Positions 1 to 8,614 of a stretch of 64,000 bases of DNA are shown one piece after another (position 1 is the first letter of the stretch; every line of letters starts with the position of its first letter). The stretch covers positions 154,862 through 218,861 of the IMG/VR virus record IMGVR_UViG_3300050132_000038; one strand, 5' to 3'. A program made the translations under genes and the position numbers. The notes under the pieces were generated by a model. That model saw only the letters and a list, made by a program, of their open reading frames with translations, searched no databases and was not told the DNA's origin.

Positions 1-1
1 T

Positions 2-532
2 CAGCAACCCTCAGGCAAGCACAGGTCTCGCTTCTTCTACAAGCCTACTCGTTCCTTCACCACTTCTATAGAGCAGAGTAAGAAGTCTCAAGAGCGTGAT
101 GACTCAGCAGTCACTGTTCTGGATAAGGAAGTAGAGGCACGACGAAAGACCTACTCCAAGGAACTACCTAAAGCCCTGCAGTCTAACATTGCTCAGGTTC
201 GTGAGTTCTTTCTCAAGGAGATTGCCCCACTCACACTAGCGGCCCAGGCAGGCACAGCACAAGCGCGAGAGGTAGCCCAGCGTGTACTAAGCACCGAGAT
301 TGATAACACTGGGTTCTTACAATTTGAACGTATGGTGAGCCGGGCATCCACTATTAAGATGGCTCGGTTCATTGCTGCTTACCTAAAGCTCCCAGTACGC
401 ACAGTAGAAGAGCTACTGGAAATAGTCAAACCGCAGGTCCCCAAAGAAATGATACTAGTGAACAACGACCCACTAAATGAGCGTAGGATACCCAAGGCCA
501 AGGAAAAGCCAGAAACACCCCTAGGAGATTGA
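2..532 (+). CDS. Hypothetical protein, 5'-truncated by the window edge
   Basis: The frame of ORF 332..532 stays open back to base 2 (QQPSGKHRSRFFYKPTRSF...). Confidence 0.7.
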   Translation, partial: QQPSGKHRSRFFYKPTRSFTTSIEQSKKSQERDDSAVTVLDKEVEARRKTYSKELPKALQSNIAQVREFFLKEIAPLTLAAQAGTAQAREVAQRVLSTEIDNTGFLQFERMVSRASTIKMARFIAAYLKLPVRTVEELLEIVKPQVPKEMILVNNDPLNERRIPKAKEKPETPLGD

Positions 533-541
533 CCTAGGGGT
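517..541 (+). promoter_or_regulatory. Hairpin between the upstream stop codon and the terminase RBS
   Basis: ACCCCTAGG-agattga-CCTAGGGGT, a perfect 9-bp inverted repeat; no U-tract. Confidence 0.5.
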
Positions 542-563
542 AGTACGTAGTAGAGGGTGTACC

Positions 564-2801
564 ATGAAAGCTGTAAACTATGATAAGGTAAATGATGCTA
601 CTTCTAGACTTGAGCGGATTAAGGCAGACTCCTTGTTCCCCGGACTCCTTAGTGATCGCCAACTAGATGAGATTCAGCAGCGTAGGGTTAAGAAAGAAGC
701 AATCAAGCGGAAGAAGACTGGCGTAAAGACAAAAGTAAAAGACGTTACGCCAAACGAGTATATAGTCAAAGGTGGCGGAGTCGATGATAACGGTATCATC
801 GTAGACGACTTCAATATTGTTCAATACATGAATGATGCAGAAGACCCAGCTACAGGTACACTCCGTGACTTCAACGTAGACACGCGTGATCTACACCACG
901 CTAAGAACTTCTACGACTTCACAATGAACATTCTAGCCCCAGATGCTCCTAAGTACAGCATCCCGTGGGCACGGCAGATGTGGATCGGTATCATGCTATT
1001 CGCTGAGGCATGTCCTTGCTGCTCGGACAAACGAGTGTTCGACGTTCATAACATCCCCAAGAATTTAGAACCTGACCGTATGCTTAAGCGTATGGTGCTT
1101 CTTGAGTACGGCATATGCCCCAAGTGTGGTCGGCACAAATGGGAGCTTATTAAGAAGCACGGGCTGCGGAACTACCGCCAGCTAGTGAACGTGTTGGGTC
1201 AGCGAAGCGGAAAATCAAGTAGTGCTGCTCAGTACTACGCATACCTAACCCACCAGTACTTGATGTTCCCTAACATAGCGGAACTCGCACCGTCTATGTT
1301 CCAGGCGTCAACGCAGTTGACATGTACTATGGTGAGTCTAAACTTCGCTAAAGCGTTAGGCGTCATGTGGGTACCGTACAAGAAGCTAATAGAGAACTCT
1401 AGTTGGTTTGGGCAGTATTTCCAAATTCTTGATCGTGGTAAGGAGCGTACTGGGCACGAGATGTACCGTAATAGCTCGCAGTACATAACGTTCTACCACA
1501 AGAACATTAAGTTCTACCCTTCTGGTCCTAATAGCACCACTTTGCGGGGCGACACGCGGATCGGAGCCGGTCTCGACGAGCTCGGCCTCTTCCCGCTCCC
1601 AAAAGGTAATGACGAGGAAGACGAGCAGAGTGAACGGGCTAACGCAGACGAAGCACACAAGTCATTGATGAACTCGTTACTCACTGCACAGACGATTAAC
1701 ACTAAGCTATTGAAGGACGGGTATTCCTCAGCACCGTCCCCTCTCCTGCTTTGCGTATCTTCCCCTATTAGCCAACGAGATAAGGTGATGCGGCTTTTGA
1801 AGGAGTCGAAGACAGAGATTGGCTCGCAGTTCATTCTAGGCGTTAATCTCCCTACCTGGGAAATGAACCCAGGTATGGATCGTGACTTCCCCGAAATTGT
1901 GATGGCCTACGCCTCCAATCCCGAGAAGGCAGAGCGAGACTTTGGCGCTAACCCTCCATCTGTTCACTCACGATTCATCTATCCTAAGACTATTGAGGAG
2001 GGTGTGTTCATTAATGGGCAGAACTCACATACGCTTACTCACCAGTTCGATAAGCCAGGTGAGATCTATGGCAAGCTAGATAAGTTCCGTAACTTTAGGT
2101 ATCCTGCATTGGTTACTATTGATGCAGGTGCAGTTGATAACTCCTTTACCTTGATTGGCGGTCATTACGACTTCGACAATGCAAAGACGGTTATCACCAC
2201 GGTACTAGAATGTGTACCCCAGGAAGACCGTAGGGTAAACTTCAATATGATGTATCTGCATATCATACTCCCGATACTACGGGATCTTAATGCAGTAGCT
2301 CTGCTAGCTGACCAGTGGCAGTCATTAGATCTATTGAATAGGGCTCAGGATGACATGGGATTAAACCCATTGGGTAAACCTCGATGCAGAGCACGTCAAT
2401 ACAGCCCACGTCGTAAGGACTTCAACACCACAGTAGCAATGCTACAGAACAAGAACTTGATACTACCTTCCGTTACTAAGCAGGAGCAGGAATTTGTTCT
2501 CAGCGGTCAGGTGGATAACTACAAGGTGGACATGCTGAATAAACCTGTACCCCACTTGATGCTACAGATGGTTACTGTTAAAGACGTTGGAGAACTTCGT
2601 TGTCCTGAGAAAGGTGACGGATTCACCGATGACATCTTTAGGGCATGTGTACTGTTTGCCTCTAAAATCCACGACGCCCGTATAATGGAACGCTTGGTGG
2701 AGGCAAAGCACTGGACTTACGGTGAAGCTAACCAGGCGATCATGCCAGCACCTGTCTATGTGTCTCGCGGCGGCCGCGGGGCTTTCCAAGGTCTTCGTTG
2801 A
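564..2801 (+). CDS. terL: Terminase large subunit
   Basis: Walker A GQRSGKS, Walker B-like AGLDELG, SSP motif, nuclease-domain IDAGAVDNSF and C-terminal DDIFRA; extra CPCC/CPKC Cys pairs. Confidence 0.88.
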   Translation: MKAVNYDKVNDATSRLERIKADSLFPGLLSDRQLDEIQQRRVKKEAIKRKKTGVKTKVKDVTPNEYIVKGGGVDDNGIIVDDFNIVQYMNDAEDPATGTLRDFNVDTRDLHHAKNFYDFTMNILAPDAPKYSIPWARQMWIGIMLFAEACPCCSDKRVFDVHNIPKNLEPDRMLKRMVLLEYGICPKCGRHKWELIKKHGLRNYRQLVNVLGQRSGKSSSAAQYYAYLTHQYLMFPNIAELAPSMFQASTQLTCTMVSLNFAKALGVMWVPYKKLIENSSWFGQYFQILDRGKERTGHEMYRNSSQYITFYHKNIKFYPSGPNSTTLRGDTRIGAGLDELGLFPLPKGNDEEDEQSERANADEAHKSLMNSLLTAQTINTKLLKDGYSSAPSPLLLCVSSPISQRDKVMRLLKESKTEIGSQFILGVNLPTWEMNPGMDRDFPEIVMAYASNPEKAERDFGANPPSVHSRFIYPKTIEEGVFINGQNSHTLTHQFDKPGEIYGKLDKFRNFRYPALVTIDAGAVDNSFTLIGGHYDFDNAKTVITTVLECVPQEDRRVNFNMMYLHIILPILRDLNAVALLADQWQSLDLLNRAQDDMGLNPLGKPRCRARQYSPRRKDFNTTVAMLQNKNLILPSVTKQEQEFVLSGQVDNYKVDMLNKPVPHLMLQMVTVKDVGELRCPEKGDGFTDDIFRACVLFASKIHDARIMERLVEAKHWTYGEANQAIMPAPVYVSRGGRGAFQGLR

Positions 2802-2806
2802 GTAGC

Positions 2807-2815
2807 AATTTCATA
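2807..2815 (+). promoter_or_regulatory. AATTTCATA motif (candidate late promoter)
   Basis: Recurs in intergenic gaps ahead of operons: 2807, 10425, 20796 and 48769 (+); 35202, 42041 and 62308 (-). Confidence 0.55.
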
Positions 2816-2839
2816 CTATATAGAAGTATGGAGCTATAG

Positions 2840-3454
2840 ATGGCTAAGAAGAAGGGTAAAGAAAAGAAGGCTAACGCGGAATACGAGTTGAAGCCTGTAC
2901 AGTTTAAATCGGGTACCCGGTGTATAGTAGGCTTCGATCCAGGGTCTCGCAATATGGGAGTGGCGTGCGTAGCAGTTAATGAGGAGATGCAGGTCAAGGT
3001 AGTGGCGAACTCGATCATCACTAATCCAGTTAACGATCTGGTAGCCTTTACCTCTTCCAGTGAAAAGTTTATGGCTGAGGTAGATCGCTGGACTTCCTGT
3101 TACTCGCCGCACGCTCTTATAGCAGAACGATTCCAGACCAGGGGAAATTCCGGCCCGCTGATTGAGTACTGCTCAGCTATGCTGGCGCTAATTCGGGGTA
3201 TAAATAGAACGATACCCTTCAAGGCTATTACAGCTGCTACCTGGAAGAACGCTTGGCACCGACGCTTCGAGCCCTTGCAGCTAGACGATATGTACAAGTT
3301 GACTCTGACTACCCCGCACCAGCTAGACGCTATCTTCATTGGGATCTTTGGGCTAGAGCAGGGTCTACAGGTTGAGCTAGATTACGACCCATTCGATATT
3401 GTTAAGCAAGCAGAAGCAAGCTCTGCTGTGCGATTAATAAACAAGCGGAGATGA
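2840..3454 (+). CDS. RuvC-like Holliday junction resolvase / RNase H-fold nuclease
   Basis: IVGFDPGSRNMG, later IAERFQ, C-terminal HQLDAIFIG. Confidence 0.75.
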   Translation: MAKKKGKEKKANAEYELKPVQFKSGTRCIVGFDPGSRNMGVACVAVNEEMQVKVVANSIITNPVNDLVAFTSSSEKFMAEVDRWTSCYSPHALIAERFQTRGNSGPLIEYCSAMLALIRGINRTIPFKAITAATWKNAWHRRFEPLQLDDMYKLTLTTPHQLDAIFIGIFGLEQGLQVELDYDPFDIVKQAEASSAVRLINKRR

Positions 3455-3726
3455 ACATGAGTATTACCTCAATGCTGCAAAAGAGCCTAGGCGCACAACT
3501 ACTACTTGATCCTGGTAAGGCCGCTAGAGTTGGCGATCGTATGGCAACTGAGGTTCACTGTCGGTGCGAAGTCGAGGCGGGCGCGTCCGACAACGAAATA
3601 GTAAAGCAGTTAACTCTGGCCGCGAAGCGGGCGCACAAAGGCCGCATCGTAACGTTCCGCGGAGTCGAGCTATACAATGTTGATGGTGGCAAGAAGATCG
3701 CAGTCGCCTGTGTTGGATTTATTTAA
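3451..3726 (+). CDS. Hypothetical protein
   Basis: Start overlaps the upstream stop; fills the operon. Confidence 0.6.
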   Translation: MNMSITSMLQKSLGAQLLLDPGKAARVGDRMATEVHCRCEVEAGASDNEIVKQLTLAAKRAHKGRIVTFRGVELYNVDGGKKIAVACVGFI

Positions 3727-3735
3727 GGAGCACAC

Positions 3736-3993
3736 ATGATTAAGATCCCTAAAGCATTTATGGATGCTCCGGCCACTAAGACCGAGGCTAAGAAAAAGCA
3801 GGAAGCTACTAAACAAGTACAGGCTAAGACGGAAGTGAAGTCCCGTGTTGATATGAGCGCAGAGGTAGCCGGTGCTGGCCTGTGTCCTGACTGCCGCAAG
3901 CCTATGATCCCTTCGCATGCTAACGGCCACAAGGTAGTAATCTGCCAACCGTGCCGAATCGTTATTCCGGTTAAGGACGAGGAGGTTGTGTGA
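3736..3993 (+). CDS. Small zinc-ribbon protein
   Basis: CPDC and CQPC pairs; AAGGAG RBS. Confidence 0.7.
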   Translation: MIKIPKAFMDAPATKTEAKKKQEATKQVQAKTEVKSRVDMSAEVAGAGLCPDCRKPMIPSHANGHKVVICQPCRIVIPVKDEEVV

Positions 3994-4796
3994 AGGCCCA
4001 GATGAAGAAAACAAACAAGCCCCATGCTCCCAAGGGTGGGGTAAAGAAAGACCTTAGGGTAACTGTGAAACCGAAGACACAGACTCAGAGCATGGAGTTT
4101 ACGATCTCCGAGGATCGAAAGAAAAGTGTAGTTAAAACTCCTAAGCTTAAGTCTATAGAAGAACCTATCAAAAAGAAAAAGAAGAAGCCAATCGTAGTCG
4201 ATGAACTCGATGACGTTGAAGACTATAGTGAGCCAAGCACCGCACTAGTCCCGGTATCCGTTACTCTGCCTAAAGCTCCGCTAGACCTAAAGAATATCTC
4301 GAAGCTAAAGACCAAGGGCATGCGGTCGATCATTGGGGATTCGGCTGAGGACATTCAACAGCTACTTGAAGTCGGGGATAATGATAACGCTACTGCTCTG
4401 ATGTTAAAGCGTATGCTACAAGCCTTAGTAGACTTGGTCCCCTACGCAGAGCATAACGTCCGCAAGAGCAAGGGTCAGCGTGGTGTGTACCAAATCAACT
4501 CATTGATTTCTTCTATTCGTGAGTTAATGATTGATCTCCAATCCGCACAGGATCGCGGGGCTATCGGAGAGGCTTTGAACGAGAAGGTGTTACGTCCTGC
4601 ATTCCTAGACGTGGCAATGGAGTTGGTTAAGGAAACCGCGATGCTGTCTTCAGATGTTAAAGACCTGCTCTCAGTTGAGGACTACAATAATAAGTTTAGA
4701 CCGTTAGTTCTGGCACAGCGTACTCGTATCGGTCAATTCGTACAGAAGCGCTACGAGGAGGCAGCCACCGCTACCAAACAATTCATGCAGCGCTAA
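3990..4796 (+). CDS. Hypothetical protein, possibly terminase small subunit
   Basis: Basic N-terminus and helical C-terminal half, in the packaging cluster; function inferred from position only. Confidence 0.4.
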   Translation: MKAQMKKTNKPHAPKGGVKKDLRVTVKPKTQTQSMEFTISEDRKKSVVKTPKLKSIEEPIKKKKKKPIVVDELDDVEDYSEPSTALVPVSVTLPKAPLDLKNISKLKTKGMRSIIGDSAEDIQQLLEVGDNDNATALMLKRMLQALVDLVPYAEHNVRKSKGQRGVYQINSLISSIRELMIDLQSAQDRGAIGEALNEKVLRPAFLDVAMELVKETAMLSSDVKDLLSVEDYNNKFRPLVLAQRTRIGQFVQKRYEEAATATKQFMQR

Positions 4797-4814
4797 CCGC
4801 GTGCTGAGGTAACT

Positions 4815-5045
4815 ATGAAAGCGCAACTTATGTTAGACGAAGATGAAGTATCTATCGAGGATCTTATAGAGAAGTATAAGCTGTCTATAGACTACACTCA
4901 CAGAGACGGCGAGCTGCTTCCCTTCTGGACAGCTAATCTAATTAGTCCTCAAGGGGTTACTCTGGCTATAGCGGCAGGTAATACTCTTCGCGATGCCGTT
5001 GAGGGTATGGTAGGTATTATAGGCAGTATGGACCTTACCGTTTAG
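4815..5045 (+). CDS. Hypothetical protein
   Basis: GAGG RBS; in operon. Confidence 0.6.
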   Translation: MKAQLMLDEDEVSIEDLIEKYKLSIDYTHRDGELLPFWTANLISPQGVTLAIAAGNTLRDAVEGMVGIIGSMDLTV

Positions 5046-5058
5046 GAATATAGAACGT

Positions 5059-5511
5059 ATGTTGGCGCATAAATTAAAGACCGCTGTGGAGAAATACTTC
5101 CTGAAGAAGCGGATGGCCGTAACCTTCGAGCTAGGGTTATGCAGGGGCGGAAGGCTACGCGCTGACGTACTCGCTGTATCCATGAGCCGCAAGATTATCT
5201 GTATAGAAACGAAGAGTGGGGTCCAGGATTTTCGTAGAGACTCCAAGTGGCCTAAGTACAAGGACTTCTGTGACCAGTTGTACTTTGCTGTTGACCATGA
5301 AACATACCTGAAAATTAAATCAGAGATCCCAAAGGGTATAGGCATCCTAGTTGTTAAGGAAGTACCTAACCGCACAAGCACTCGCACACTACTAAAGGCG
5401 TCCGTAGTGCAGAAAGCCAAGTGGGAACCTATAGATGATGAACTTAGAATGGACTTGTTTGTTCGCATGGTGTTCCGCACTGCTGACTCCAATAGATACA
5501 GGAAGAATTAA
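5059..5511 (+). CDS. MmcB-like PD-(D/E)XK nuclease-fold protein
   Basis: RADVLAV...IETKSGVQDFRRDSKWPKYKDFCDQLYFAV matches the MmcB family pattern. Confidence 0.75.
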   Translation: MLAHKLKTAVEKYFLKKRMAVTFELGLCRGGRLRADVLAVSMSRKIICIETKSGVQDFRRDSKWPKYKDFCDQLYFAVDHETYLKIKSEIPKGIGILVVKEVPNRTSTRTLLKASVVQKAKWEPIDDELRMDLFVRMVFRTADSNRYRKN

Positions 5512-7386
5512 ATGTTTGCCAGATCTCAAATCGTAGGTGTCAACGGAGGGGCTATCAGTTATGCTAACGGGGGCGACAGCGCTCCCTTAGCATCGACTAC
5601 AACCCGCGGATTCGCCCAGAAGCAAAAGATTACGGCTAGTGTGGGCGCAGGGTACGGCTCTGGTGGTGGTTCCTCCATGAGTATTAACTCATTCTACCAA
5701 TCAAGTTATCAATATTACCTTACCGGAATCCTCCCAGCCGATCCTCACCTTATAGACACATCGACACTGGCGCTGTTTTATCGTGACATCTATCTGTTCG
5801 ACAGTACAGCTGGTTCAGCTGTAGATATCCAATCTAGCTTTCCATTCTCTGGGTGGGAACTACGTGGTCTACCAGAAGACGAACTTCAACCGTTCAACAC
5901 TGCATTAGAGCGTTTGAATCTTCAAACCATGATGCCGTTTCTTAGTACTGCCTACCTTACTGACGGCTTTTTCTGCGGCTCTCTAATCTTTGATCCACGA
6001 TCTAAAGAGTTCATCGACACGTTAATTCACGATGCGCTGTCAGTAGCTGCCATTCCCTCCCCGTTCTTCAACATTGATCCGACAATCAACGTTCGGGTGG
6101 GTCAAGCAGCACAGCAGTTCATGCACGATACGTCAGAGTATGCACGGCGTTACCTGGATGCAATGCCGAAGGACTTCATCGAGATGCTGAAGAGCGGAGC
6201 ATTTACCCTAGACCCTGTTACCACGCTATTCATTCCTCGGCGTAGTACAACAGATCGGGCGTACACCTCATGGCTACATCGTATTCTTCCAATATACATG
6301 ATTGAGAAGACGCTGTTCCGTGGAACACTAGTTGAAGCACAGCGTCGCCAACGTGCTATGACTCATGTTACAGCAGGTGATGATACGTGGACGCCTAGCC
6401 CCCAGGAGCTGAATGCCTTAATTGGTGCATTCCAACAGGCTGAGATGGATCCTATGGGTGGTTGGATTGCTACTAGAGGTTCTGTTGCATCTAATGATTT
6501 GAGACCTGGAGGTGACTTCTGGAAGTTTACAGATATGGCGGATGTGCTTGTTCCCTACAAGCTGCGGGCTCTGGGTATCAGTGAAGGCTTCTTGTCCGGA
6601 GATGCCAGCTATGGGGTGGCCGAGTCTGCTTACTCTACTTTCCTAGAGAGCATGAATTCCTACCGGACTGGTTTAACTGAGAGAGTATTCTACTCCAAAC
6701 TGTTCCCATTGATTGCAGTAGTAAATGATCTGTACAAAGACGGAGCTGATAAGGCGAAGGCAGGTAAGATCGTAGAGTTCTTATTCAACAAGAGTAATCG
6801 TAGTAACCTGAAGATGCCTGAACTCCATTGGCACAAGGAGCTGGAAGCTAAGGGCGAAGAGAACATGGCAGAACTCTTGGAGACTGCTAGTCAGAAGGGC
6901 GTGCCAATTCCACTAAAGATGTGGATGGCAGCAGCGAAAATTGATCCTGATTTGCTCCTACGTGAGCTATCGGAAGACGCGGCTCTACGCAAGGAGCTAG
7001 AGCAATTCACTGGTAAAGATACTTCACATGAAGGGGAGGAAGAAAGCCATGAATTTGATGATGACTACCAAGGTGCAGGAGACGTTCGTAATGAAACTAC
7101 TGCAGGACTAGGTAAGATTATTCGCGGCCTACCTACACAATCTTTAGTACACGGTCATCCTTCGTACAAGCAACCACTGTTGGCCCGTGAATTCGGAGAC
7201 TCAGGTGATAACTTTGCACTTACCAAGACGGGTAAGATTAAGTATGTTCCTAACAGTAGGAACTTAAACAAGCAGATGAATGATAACATCTTGAAGATTG
7301 CAGCTAAGGCCGATAAGGATCCTAACTATCGTGCAGAGTTGAAGAAACGTAATCAAGAAAAACTTGGGCGCACGACCCTTCGTTAA
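5512..7386 (+). CDS. Portal protein
   Basis: 624 aa downstream of terL; acidic then basic C-terminal tail; portal-like segment KLRALGISEGFLSGDASY. Inferred from size and context. Confidence 0.65.
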   Translation: MFARSQIVGVNGGAISYANGGDSAPLASTTTRGFAQKQKITASVGAGYGSGGGSSMSINSFYQSSYQYYLTGILPADPHLIDTSTLALFYRDIYLFDSTAGSAVDIQSSFPFSGWELRGLPEDELQPFNTALERLNLQTMMPFLSTAYLTDGFFCGSLIFDPRSKEFIDTLIHDALSVAAIPSPFFNIDPTINVRVGQAAQQFMHDTSEYARRYLDAMPKDFIEMLKSGAFTLDPVTTLFIPRRSTTDRAYTSWLHRILPIYMIEKTLFRGTLVEAQRRQRAMTHVTAGDDTWTPSPQELNALIGAFQQAEMDPMGGWIATRGSVASNDLRPGGDFWKFTDMADVLVPYKLRALGISEGFLSGDASYGVAESAYSTFLESMNSYRTGLTERVFYSKLFPLIAVVNDLYKDGADKAKAGKIVEFLFNKSNRSNLKMPELHWHKELEAKGEENMAELLETASQKGVPIPLKMWMAAAKIDPDLLLRELSEDAALRKELEQFTGKDTSHEGEEESHEFDDDYQGAGDVRNETTAGLGKIIRGLPTQSLVHGHPSYKQPLLAREFGDSGDNFALTKTGKIKYVPNSRNLNKQMNDNILKIAAKADKDPNYRAELKKRNQEKLGRTTLR

Positions 7387-7396
7387 GGAGTTCACT

Positions 7397-7669
7397 ATGT
7401 ACAGCTTTCTAACAGTAGCACGTAGGGTAGACGTAGAGGCCGCAATCAAATCTGAGGACGTGTACTCTTTCTTCACCTTCAAAGGTAGCAAGCCAGTTGC
7501 CCTGAACTTCCGAGGCAAAGAGGAGTATATCGAGAAGGGCGATAAGTTTGGTGTACGTAAGTCCGCTAACGGTAAGCAGATTCGGCTAATCCGCCCGGGT
7601 GCGGAGACTCGCGTGTTTACGCTTACGATGGATCAGGCGAATGCGTTGGCCCGAGGTATAAAGAAATGA
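7397..7669 (+). CDS. Hypothetical protein
   Basis: AAGGAG RBS before ATG 7397, a later start than in the ORF track. Confidence 0.65.
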   Translation: MYSFLTVARRVDVEAAIKSEDVYSFFTFKGSKPVALNFRGKEEYIEKGDKFGVRKSANGKQIRLIRPGAETRVFTLTMDQANALARGIKK

Positions 7670-7681
7670 AGGAGAAGTCTC

Positions 7682-8499
7682 ATGAGCTCTACAGTTGTTA
7701 GTCTCCAACCCAAGAAAGGATTTAAGCCTCAGTACTTTGGTGTAGTCTTCGACGCATACAACCCCCAGGTAGAAGCGCAGATGATGCGTGACTGCTTGGC
7801 AATGCAGAGGGTACTTCAAAATCATAAGCGCGAGCTAGTTATTGTGTGTGAGTCTGAAGCCCCTGACCGTATGCTCCGGGGTTTAAGTATTCGTAGAGTA
7901 CCTACGCCTACGCTAACAAAGTCCTGGGCGATGTACAAGACGAAAGCCGACTGGATGCCCGAACCAGAAGGTGCTGACGTGGTTGTACCCCGTGATCTGT
8001 ATCAACCACTGAAGAAGAATACACTTCGAGTATTAGACGAGGCACACACTAATGGGTACTATTTACCGCCTTTGGAAACATTCCTTAGGGCCGCTTGACC
8101 GTGAGGTCATGTGATAAGGTTTTGAATTGTCTGGAAACTCCTTAGAGCCGTGTAGACCACAACGTAGCTATGAAATATGGGCAAGCGTGAGGGTTAAGAA
8201 CTATACGGATTGGGCAACCAGCAGCGAAGTCCCGAATAGGGAAACGTTCAACGACTAGAGCGCAAGCTCGTACCCTCAAGTGAGGGGAAGCGGAACCCGT
8301 CTCTGTGAGACGAAGATATAGTCTGACCGTCTAGGGAAATCCTAGAGCAGTTCATAAGAGAACGCTTGAGTACTAACGACACTCAGGGAACACAGTGCAA
8401 GGAAGATTGAGTCCAGAAACAGTTTCACTACTTAGACCAGCACCTAATGGTTTTTCTGTAGGCTACGGTGATAACTGGTTGAGCGCGCTCTATAGTTAG
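7682..8499 (+). CDS. Intron-split hypothetical protein, exons 7682..8095 and 8398..8499 (171 aa spliced)
   Basis: Removing 8096..8397 joins ...FLRAA to QGRLSPETVSLLRPAPNGFSVGYGDNWLSALYS* in frame. Confidence 0.7.
8096..8397 (+). mobile_element. Group I intron, IA2-like, with no internal ORF
   Basis: P AATTGTCTGGAA (8125), Q AACCAGCAGC (8216), R GTTCAACGACTAG (8246), S AAGATATAGTCTG (8313). P3 GGTTTTG/CGGAACC, P7 GACTA/TAGTC, plus P7.1, P7.2, P8 and P9 hairpins. The 3' end TAACGAC...GAACACAGTG parallels my recollection of the T4 td intron end. The 5' splice site is inferred from frame; P1 is not cleanly resolved. Confidence 0.9.
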
Positions 8500-8514
8500 G
8501 GTCGAACACCCTAC

Positions 8515-8614
8515 AATTTCACAGTGAGCATAAAGCGAAAAGGTTTAGCGGCCCTGTCATGCCAATACATGACTAGCTTTATGTCTCACTTCTTAAACCT
8601 ATTGGGGTTGCCAA
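8515..8614 (+). ncRNA. Conserved structured leader / candidate guide RNA of GIY-YIG gene 1
   Basis: Outer stem 8523-8536/8576-8590, AGG-N9-CCT loop 8541-8555, inner stem GTCATG/CATGAC; homologous to 16446-16550 with compensatory changes. Confidence 0.75.

Noticed and set aside
564-2801. Intein in terminase or helicases
   Set aside because: No C/S...HN splice-junction motifs or LAGLIDADG blocks seen; the helicases are of normal length.
8096-8098. Stop-codon recoding or readthrough (TGA after FLRAA; frequent TAG stops)
   Set aside because: The TGA is the first intron codon. Long genes are intact in the standard code, and TAG-terminated genes are followed by new RBS/start pairs.
8547-8555. AGCGGCCCT acting as a distant internal guide sequence (P1) for the intron
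   Set aside because: It would place A, not G, opposite the splice-site U, whereas group I P1 needs U-G. Not fully excluded.
8541-8600. Pseudoknot AGGTTTAG/TTAAACCT in leader 1
   Set aside because: No equivalent pairing exists in leader 2, so it is not supported as conserved. It could still be a copy-specific RBS switch.
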